A stretch of 63,131 nucleotides of DNA, the filler included, from Octopus bimaculoides (taxonomy: Eukaryota), in assembly GCF_001194135.2 (NCBI RefSeq). It is 8 parts of 7 records of this genome, joined end to end, with 100 filler letters (N's around TTAATTAATTAA, not from the genome) between each part and the next. Parts side by side here need not be neighbours in the genome. Positions count along the whole stretch, not along the records: positions 53,089 to 55,758 come from NC_068987.1; positions 55,859 to 63,131 come from NC_068998.1; 6 more parts are not named here. The stretch is one strand, 5' to 3'. Both the position numbers and the translations under genes were made by a program. This document shows positions 53,346 to 63,131 of the stretch, piece after piece. The notes below the pieces were generated by a model that was given only the letters and a program-made list of their open reading frames with translations, was not told the DNA's origin and searched no databases. Numbering within the stretch: position 1 is the stretch's first letter; each line of letters opens with the position of its first letter.

Positions 53346-54099
53346 ATATATGCGCGCACGTGTGTGTATATATATGTGTATACAATTGTTTGTGTGTGTG
53401 TGTGTGTGTGTGTGAGTATGTGCGTGTTAGTGTTTTGTTTGTCCTCCGGTGTCGCTTGATAACCTCTCGTTTTTTTTATGTGCCTGTAATTTTAGCGATT
53501 CGGCAAATAAGTACCAAGGCGCTTAGTTCATATGACTAAAATCCTGCAAGGTGGCGCTCAGGCAAGGCCGCAGTCTAGTGATTTAAAACAAGTAAAAGTC
53601 AGAAGATTAATGTTAATTTACAATAAATATCTCTCTGATACTAAAGAGAAATCTGGACTGAGATTTACGCCCTCTCTATATACTCCCTCTCTTCTCCTCA
53701 TCCCCCCTCTCTCTCTCCCTTTCTCTTTCAAGAATAAACTAAATTATGATATTAGCTTTCTAAGAAACTAAATGAAAAACACAATGTCAAACAAACACGA
53801 ATCTATGTTAAGTAAGGTTTATATGATGATCATTGTCTGAGGGTGAAATATTTACAGGAAGTTCGGCTTGACAGAATATCTAGAGAATAAACATCTGTAA
53901 ATAGAGAGAAAAACAATTCTTAAATAGTATTGCAAGGCAGCAGACTATAAGTCATTTGTTTTATAGAGAACAGAGAACACCTGCCAGCAGCACCGTAGAA
54001 GCAGCGATTTCGTATTAAGACATGTGCTGCAACTAGTTTTACTAAATCATACCTGCTCGTTTAGCTGAGAGCACATGAATTATGGCTGCTTCAGTTCTG

Positions 54100-54144
54100 A
54101 TCTTTTGCTGCTGTTACTACTACTACTACTACTACTACTAATAC

Positions 54145-54179
<35 letters not shown>

Positions 54180-54224
54180 TTTCTGCTGCTACTGCTGCTA
54201 CTACTACTACTCCTACTACTACTC

Positions 54225-54302
<78 letters not shown>

Positions 54303-54335
54303 TTTCTGCTGCTACTGCTGCTACTACTACTACTC

Positions 54336-54405
<70 letters not shown>

Positions 54406-54407
54406 AG

Positions 54408-54441
<34 letters not shown>

Positions 54442-54545
54442 AGCTACTACTACTACTACCACAGCTACTGCCACTACTACTGCCACAGCTACTACTACTA
54501 CTGCTACCACAGCTACTGCTACTACTACTACCACAGCTACTACTA

Positions 54546-54595
<50 letters not shown>

Positions 54596-54598
54596 ACG
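54100..54598. repeat. Compound CTA/TAA/CTG microsatellite with a 123 bp higher-order duplication
   Basis: tttttctgctgctactgctgcta recurs at 54178 and 54301. Confidence 0.9.
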
Positions 54599-54907
54599 CA
54601 CGGTAGGTCACTTTCGGCACATTTTGGGGGGTTTTTATTTGCACCGTTTATGGCGATGGATTTGGCAGAGCTATTTGGCTGTCGTATTTTCGTGATAGCA
54701 CCACGAAAAAATGACACGTAAAGTACCAGTGAAGTACTCGGGTCGATACAATCAGCTAACCCCTTCTTTCATAAATGGTATTCTCGTGTTTAAATTGGAA
54801 ATTAATATGTTTATTGTTTAGTCCCATTTGCTTTCAGGGCTTTCCATACCAGCAGAAGTAAAAACAACACTTGGCTTGAATTCTCGCAATAAAGTGAATT
54901 TCCATAC

Positions 54908-55050
54908 CTAAGAACCAGATGGTTATTTGGAATTGACTTCAATAACTTTGTAGAATTCTGAGTTTGGCTTTTACTCTTTTGCTGTCGTCGGCCATTGGAC
55001 TGTTGCCACACTGATAGACCGGCTTCAAGCTTTGGGTCAGACAGAGGTTG
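54908..55050 (-). other. Candidate (probably 5' UTR) exon, 143 bp
   Basis: Acceptor atgttttttacag| and donor ag|gtatgg in non-repetitive sequence. Confidence 0.2.
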
Positions 55051-55104
55051 CTGTAAAAAACATTAATCCAAGTTGCCGTGCAGAATACTATATTAGTAAA
55101 AGTG

Positions 55105-55425
55105 AAGATTTGTGGCTTAGTGATTAAGTATTCGGTTCACAATCGTAAGGTCGGGAGTTCGATTCCTGGAGGTGCGTTGTGTCCTTGAACTAGACGCTTT
55201 ATTTTACGTTGCACCAGTCCACACAGCTGGCAAAAATGAGTTGTACCTGTAATTCAAAAGGACAGCCTTGTCACACTCTGTATCACGCTGAATATATCCC
55301 CGAAAACTATGTTAAGGGTACATGTGTCTGTGGAGTGCTCAGCCACTTGCACGTTAATTTCATGAGCAGACTGTTCTGTGGATCGCATCAGCTGGAACCA
55401 TCGTCATCGGAACCATCAGACACCG
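55105..55425 (+). mobile_element. tRNA-derived SINE with CORE-like domain, family E
   Basis: gtggcttagtgattaag (box A), gggagttcgattcc (box B), then gttgtgtccttgaactagacgc...cagctggcaaaaatgag. Confidence 0.75.
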
Positions 55426-55654
55426 AATCCTTCATTTCGGTGTTGACTTAACGGCTGGAACAGTTGAAAGTATAACACTGTCACGTTTCTCCGTTTAGGT
55501 TTACTTCAGGCATTTCATTTTCATTTTCGTCAACGATATTCACCTAATTGCCGGGGATAGTTAACATACTATGTAGTAATATTGCCGGCGATAGACTGGG
55601 TTCTTATTCATGCGTTTATTTTTTTATTTATATAACAAGACGAAGATAATGTTG

Positions 55655-55715
55655 GATAGAACCAGGAACCATGTGGTCGGAAAGCAAGCATCTTACCGCA
55701 TAGCCACGCCTGCGC

Positions 55716-55716
<1 letters not shown>
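55655..55716 (-). mobile_element. Family B SINE head
   Basis: Reverse complement aggcgcaggcgtggctatgcggtaag...ccacatggttcc. Confidence 0.65.
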
Positions 55717-55758
<42 letters not shown>

Positions 55759-56274
55759 NNNNNNNNNNNNNNNNNNNNNNNNNNNNNNNNNNNNNNNNNN
55801 NNTTAATTAATTAANNNNNNNNNNNNNNNNNNNNNNNNNNNNNNNNNNNNNNNNNNNNATATATATATATATATATACATATATGGAGAAAGTTGACGAG
55901 AGAGAGAGAGAAACAGAGAAACCCGGAGAAACCGATAGATAGATAGATAGATAGAGAGGGAGGGAAGAAGGAGTTACTCCGAGTTTTCTCCTGCTTCATT
56001 TTCGGACAGTTGTTGAAAAACTGAGCATAAATTTCAAAAAGAATTTTACAGATTTTAATAAAATGGCGATGCCCTGAATGGCCGTTTATGTGTTTGAAAG
56101 GATATTTTGTATACGATTCAGTATGTATGTGTTTGAAATAATATGTTGTATGCTTTTATAATAACCGTATGTATGTGTCTGAAAGGATTTTGTGTAAGTC
56201 TTTGTAATAACCATATGTATGTGTTTGAAAGGATATTTTGTATGCGTTTTTAATAAGCGTATTATCAATACATC

Positions 56275-56712
56275 AAGTACTTATTGGTACATTTTCATCG
56301 ACCCCGAAAGGATGAAAGGCAAAATCGACCTCGGCGTAATTTGAACTCAGAACGTGAAGACAGACGAAATACCGCTAAGCATTTCGCCAGGCGTGCTAAC
56401 GATTCTGCCAGCTCGAGGCCTTTTATCCGGAGTGCTAACGATTCAGCCAATTTGCTGCCTTGACAACAACAACAACAACAACAACAACAAGAATAATAAT
56501 AACAATCCTTTCTACTAAAGGCACAAGGCCTGAAACTTTGGAGGAAGGAGCTAGTCGATTATATCGTTTCACTGGTACTTAATTTATCGACCTCGAAAGG
56601 ATGAAAGGCAAAAATCGACCTCGGCGGAATTTGAACTCAGAACATAAAGACAGACGAAATACTCCTAAGCATTTCGACTGGCGCCCGAACATTTTGCCAG
56701 CTCGTCGCCTTA
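56275..56712 (-). mobile_element. Family A SINE: partial copy plus full copy
   Basis: Two near-consensus cores (atcgacc.cgaaaggatgaaaggcaaaa.tcgacctcggcg.aatttgaactcagaac). Confidence 0.9.
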
Positions 56713-56714
56713 AC

Positions 56715-56770
<56 letters not shown>

Positions 56771-56814
56771 TAATGGTGATGATGATGATGATGATGATGA
56801 GGAAGAGGAGGAAT

Positions 56815-57340
56815 TAATGAATGAATGCCCTGATGCAGTACCAGGCAGTGGATCTCATGGCTTCTGATCTTAATTGATTGGAAGTGTTATCATGTACATT
56901 GTTTTGTCTTGGTATAAAAGATGGGCTACAGCAAATATTCTGCTTAATACCACAGATTTGCTTGTCAGTTGTTTGACCGTAACCAGTTGAGCAATGTCCC
57001 TTGGTGGCTCATGATACGTGCATCTCTGATCACAAACAGAAATAGTGGGGGAGCATCATAGCCATATGCTGAGAGGTGTTCTTTGGAGTTTGAATTATTC
57101 ACCTTTGGAAACATGGGTGTTTTGCTCAACATCCTTCAACAAACCTTATTCAGGGACCTTTTGAGCGGGATGGGCTACTCGACCTGAAGAAAATTCTAAC
57201 TGGGAGGTCATGCACTGTTTATTTTGACATAAGACCACCATGTCGCGCACATATGGTTGTGACGCATATGCCTGGTGTACCCTTATCAGACGGGTAGTCA
57301 TGACGGGTATACTGGGCTCCAGATATTTGTACCCTTTGCA
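56815..57340. mobile_element. Interspersed repeat, family C, longer copy
   Basis: Colinear with 26545-26890 and extended by about 190 bp; flanked by (GAT)n and (AAT)n. Confidence 0.8.
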
Positions 57341-57372
57341 TGAATTTGAAAGCATGTGCTGCTCTCTCATTC

Positions 57373-57419
<47 letters not shown>

Positions 57420-57534
57420 CAACAACAACAGCAACAATCGCACAAACGCACGCAATCAGTTTTGTTATATTCTTTTTCCCTTTATCTGTCTTTCTTACTC
57501 TCTTCATCTCTCTCTCTCTTTCTCACTCTATATA

Positions 57535-57604
<70 letters not shown>

Positions 57605-58343
57605 NNNNNNNNNNNNNNNNNNNNNNNNNNNNNNNNNNNNNNNNNNNNNNNNNNNNNNNNNNNNNNNNNNNNNNNNNNNNNNNNNNNNNNNNNNNNNNNN
57701 NNNNNNNNNNNNNNNNNNNNNNNNNNNNNNNNNNNNNNNNNNNNNNNNNNNNNNNNNNNNNNNNNNNNNNNNNNNNNNNNNNNNNNNNNNNNNNNNNNNN
57801 NNNNNNNNNNNNNNNNNNNNNNNNNNNNNNNNNNNNNNNNNNNNNNNNNNNNNNNNNNNNNNNNNNNNNNNNNNNNNNNNNNNNNNNNNNNNNNNNNNNN
57901 NNNNNNNNNNNNNNNNNNNNNNNNNNNNNNNNNNNNNNNNNNNNNNNNNNNNNNNNNNNNNNNNNNNNNNNNNNNNNNNNNNNNNNNNNNNNNNNNNNNN
58001 NNNNNNNNNNNNNNNNNNNNNNNNNNNNNNNNNNNNNNNNNNNNNNNNNNNNNNNNNNNNNNNNNNNNNNNNNNNNNNNNNNNNNNNNNNNNNNNNNNNN
58101 NNNNNNNNNNNNNNNNNNNNNNNNNNNNNNNNNNNNNNNNNNNNNNNNNNNNNNNNNNNNNNNNNNNNNNNNNNNNNNNNNNNNNNNNNNNNNNNNNNNN
58201 NNNNNNNNNNNNNNNNNNNNNNNNNNNNNNNNNNNNNNNNNNNNNNNNNNNNNNNNNNNNNNNNNNNNNNNNNNNNNNNNNNNNNNNNNNNNNNNNNNNN
58301 NNNNNNNNNNNNNNNNNNNNNNNNNNNNNNNNNNNNNNNNNNN

Positions 58344-58383
<40 letters not shown>

Positions 58384-59034
58384 ATATATATAAATATATG
58401 TGTGTGTATATGTGTATATGTGCGTGTATGTGTGGATTTGTGTTAGTATGTTTGTGTATACACCACCATGAAACCTTTGATTACATTCAATCTAAAGAAA
58501 TAAAAATTTTATAATGTACATTCGTATATATTTTTTTTTTAATGAGGTAAGGTAATATATTTATCCATGTATATATATCAATGTGATATATGCGTGTATG
58601 TGTGTGTGTGTGTATATTTGCATATATTATTTATAAACATATGAACATAAGCACATATATATGTATGTATATACACACACACACATATATATATGTGTGT
58701 GTGTGTATACACGGAGATTAGTTATCTACATAATATCTTGATTAAATTTCTGCTTTTAATTCTATATTGTGAATAAATTGTTTTTCAAGAAATAAGTTTT
58801 TTTGTTTTTGTTTTCTTTTTGTTTAGTGTGTGTAATTTTTGTAATTTTTATTAATTATTTTCCTTGTTGTTGTCATTGTTGTTTTTCTTTCTTTCTGCCT
58901 CCCCCCTCCCGCCTTTCAAGATTACTTTTCTGGAATGTTCCCTCTTTTGTTGCACCATGTGTGATATTAAAAAACAGATGAATGCTCTAATTGACCTATA
59001 TTGAATGTGAAAGATTCAAGTATTGATGCTAATC

Positions 59035-59072
<38 letters not shown>

Positions 59073-59138
59073 CGTGACGATGATAATGATGATAATAATA
59101 ATGCTAATAATAATAATACTGGTTTCTTTTATTGGCCA

Positions 59139-59606
59139 CCAGGGTCCAAGACATTGAGGGCAATTTTAAAAGGACGAAATACAATGCATAAACAATGGGA
59201 TTTACACAGCGCTGGATCAACCCTTAAGCATAATAAGCAGGTACTTATGGCATCAAGGGAAGGAGGGGACACCACAGAAATGGTAAATAGTTTACGGCAC
59301 AAAAGATTTTCACTTTAAACTTGCTAAAATAATATTCAGGATGCCTTTATCTCTACTAAGTATAGATGCAGATGTGTTACCTAAGATTAATTTTAAGGAT
59401 CTGATCAAAGACTTTGCAATTCAAAAAAATAGGAGGAAACTTTTCAAATATAAATAAAATGGAAGTAGACAAAAATAAACATTATTTTTCCTCTTACTTT
59501 TGAAAAATAAAAATTTCTTTTATGGTTTGTTATTGTTTATATTTTGAATTTGATAATCTTTTAAGTGCTTAGGGCCTTAAGTGCATGGGTCTTAATCCGG
59601 CCCTGG
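59139..59606. mobile_element. Possible hAT-like MITE
   Basis: Left end ccagggtcc versus right-end reverse complement ccagggccggattaag; only a short match. Confidence 0.25.
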
Positions 59607-60739
59607 ATTTACATCGGGCAAAAGGGGAGACAACAGCAACGAAGATATAAGAAAGGGAGATTGGAATTGGGACTCAGTAAATATGAAGCTCTGATGATTG
59701 AAACTGAGAAAATGTGGCATCTTTAAGCATTTACTTACAAAACTTAGAGCTCTAATAATTATTGGTATGTATGTATGAATGTATGTGTGTATGTATGTAT
59801 GCATGTATGTATGTATGCATACATGTATGTATGTGTGTGTGCGTGTGTGTATGTATGTGTATGTGTGTGTGTGTATGTATGTGTGTATGTATGTATGTAT
59901 GTGGATGTATGTATGTATGTATGTATGTACGTATGTATGTATGTATGTATGTATGTATGTGCGTGTGTATGTGTATGTGTGTATGTATTTATGTGTAAAT
60001 GGTAAAATGTGGCACAGGAGAATGACCAAAGAACATAGGGAAGACAAGAACGAACACGAAAAGGACATGGGTACGCTCACCCTTTATCAGTTATCGACCA
60101 AAAATCATCACAATTTCGACGCTTTATCAATACTGTTGTTCAATTTCATGACATCAAAAGCAAAAAGCGAACTGAAGGATAAAATAAGAGAAGTAAAGCA
60201 CACACACACACGCACACACACACACACACACACACAGAGGGTCTATTGACAAAACGGTAAAAATGGCGAGTTATGAGGAGAAGGGGAAAATATATAAAAC
60301 GAGAAAGCAAAGGCAGTAACGAAAGAATAAATATATAATAAACGACACAAGTATTTTTATACATGGAAGGTTTTTTGGTTATACGAGAGAATTAGGATAA
60401 GACATGCGCAGAAGTAACGCTAATAGGAGAGAATGTTATCTTTTTGATGTTGGTAAAAATATGTAGGAAAAGCAAGAAGACGTAGGCAAAAGCACGAGCT
60501 GAAAGAAAGTTTAAAATCTTAGACAGGAGATGGGAAGAAGAAGTAAAAGAAAAAAGATAAACACCAACTGATCAAGAGAACAGTGAAGTGAAAGAGAATG
60601 GAAGAGGATGGTCACGTGGTACATTTGTGGGGAAGACGAAGAAAGAAAGGATAACAGAGAGAAGAAAGAGAAGGACGAAAACAAATTGCAGATAGAAAGT
60701 TAGATATGTTTGTGTGTGAGTGTGCGTGTGTGTGTGTAT

Positions 60740-60960
60740 GTATGTATATATGTAACCTCGTGGACATCGGTGGCGATTTTTTTTCTTCCTCCATTTTTCC
60801 CTTCTTTGGACTTTCCTTGTTTCCGACGAAGAGCTTCGCTCGAAACGTCATATTCTCTCTCTTTCCTTCCCCGAGCGTCTAGTAACACAATCTGTATCAC
60901 GTCCTCACGTTGTTGTTTTTTGTTGTTGTTTTTTGTCTCTTTCCTTTTTTGAACTTATAT
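60740..60960 (+). mobile_element. Penelope-like pseudo-LTR with a degenerate hammerhead motif
   Basis: CCGACGA (60823-60829), A, GAGC/GCTC stem with TTC loop, GAAA (60842-60845), CGTC. Downstream ccgagcgt..taacac..tgttgtt matches the 8170-8580 copies. Confidence 0.55.
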
Positions 60961-61882
60961 ATATATATATATATATATNNNNNNNNNNNNNNNNNNNNNN
61001 NNNNNNNNNNNNNNNNNNNNNNNNNNNNNNNNNNNNNNNNNNNNNNNNNNNNNNNNNNNNNNNNNNNNNNNNNNNNNNNNNNNNNNNNNNNNNNNNNNNN
61101 NNNNNNNNNNNNNNNNNNNNNNNNNNNNNNNNNNNNNNNNNNNNNNNNNNNNNNNNNNNNNNNNNNNNNNNNNNNNNNNNNNNNNNNNNNNNNNNNNNNN
61201 NNNNNNNNNNNNNNNNNNNNNNNNNNNNNNNNNNNNNNNNNNNNNNNNNNNNNNNNNNNNNNNNNNNNNNNNNNNNNNNNNNNNNNNNNNNNNNNNNNNN
61301 NNNNNNNNTGATATATCGTAAGCATTTGAAGCATCAACATCGCTTTTGGAAATTTCTTGGGAGAAACTGGAGAACGGCCATCAGTGATGAGGATACGAGA
61401 AGATGTGAGGGTAAGGGAGCGTGAGAGCGGGGTTTGATGGAATGGAGAAAGGAAAGCCTTTAGGGTCACGTCTCATCACCGTGTTAACCCGGGGACAAGT
61501 GGGTGCAAACCGAACTCCTTTTTAACTGCCGTGACTGCTGTGTGTGTGTATGTGAGTGTGTGTGTGTGTATGTGAGTGTGTGTGTGTGTATGTGAGTGTG
61601 TGTGTGTGTGGTTGTATGAAAATAGATATGTATGTGATAATCAGTAAGTCTACATCGGCAAATATAAATACACGCACACACACATATATCCATACACATA
61701 CGTAAACACACACAGACACAGAAACGCACACACAGAAACGCACACACAGACACACACAGACACACACACATGCACATGCACATGCAATAAGACGAAAGAA
61801 TGCAGTAGACCGGAATCACGTACAAAAACGCTTGAAAACATTTACATATATACATACATACATGCTTACATATATATATATG

Positions 61883-61975
<93 letters not shown>

Positions 61976-62638
61976 GTATGTATATATACGTGTACACAAT
62001 ATGATAGATGTGTGTATGTATTTGTATATATGTATGTATAGGCACCCCACCCACATGTAAGTAATGTGAGGCGATAATTTTGTATTTGGCGAATATTTTT
62101 CTGGAAAGTGTTAGATTAATTAAAGGTAAGCAGACGACAATCGGAGGAAAAGAATGGAGGAAATAATTTTGGCCTTTTTTTAATGTTTTTAAATTGTGGA
62201 TTGCGCGCGCGCGCACACACACACGCATACACGCGCGCACACACACACACACACACATACACAGACACTTACACACACACACAGACGCACACACACACAC
62301 GTACATGCAAATATGTAAGCATAAATGTATTCATATATTTTTTAATATATTAATATAGTAATATATTTTTTGTTTTTAAATTGCGGATTCCACACACACA
62401 CATACATACATACACACACACACACATACATACACACACACACACACATACACATACTCAGGATATAAGCATAAACATGTATGATATTATAATCTACATA
62501 GATGCATATATGCATACATGCATACATACATACACAGAGACATACATATATAGAAATAAATATATTAATTCCCAAACCCCTAAATACAGAAACACACACA
62601 TATTTACAAACTGCTTAATTTAAAAACATTTGTTTATC

Positions 62639-62679
<41 letters not shown>

Positions 62680-63131
62680 TACACACACACACACACTTAT
62701 ATTGACAGAAATATATTAATTTAAGAACATATTCATACATATACACATGTACACACACACACACACATATATATACGCTCACAGATATATAGGCACACAT
62801 ACATATATATGTATACAAACACACATACACACATAAATATATTTAAAAACTTATATACATCTTAAAACACACACACACACACACTGTGTGTCTGTTTACC
62901 TGTCTGTCTGTCTATCTATCTAGCTGTCAGTCAGTCTGTCTGTCTGTCTGTCTATCTGTCTGTCTGTCTGTCTGTCTACTTACGCTTGTTAATGGACGTA
63001 ACGAAATATTATGTCATAAAAATAGAATAACTTTATGAACTATTTTAACTCTGTTATCGACACACAGACACAGACCACGAAAACTTCTCTTGGACATGTG
63101 TTTATGATACATACATACATAAATACATACA

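Overview
This is an AT-rich eukaryotic scaffold segment, dense in repeats and heavily gapped. Its tRNA-derived SINE families and microsatellite style point to a coleoid cephalopod, probably Octopus (inference). The only well-supported host coding sequence is a minus-strand terminal exon (6978-6656) of a quiver/sleepless-like Ly6 three-finger GPI-anchored protein. Most of the rest of the window is probably its long upstream intronic region, with a few candidate upstream exons; the exon encoding the N-terminal half of the Ly6 domain was not found. The remainder is decayed mobile DNA: several SINE families, R4/Dong-like, CR1, Tx1 and RTE LINE fragments, mariner and maT transposase relics, MITEs, and Penelope-type repeats carrying minimal hammerhead-ribozyme motifs. 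Nearly all ORFs in the supplied track are translations of microsatellites or N-gaps. I found no convincing novel multi-gene system. The most notable items are the sleepless-like exon with a duplicated GPI-signal segment and the hammerhead motifs.
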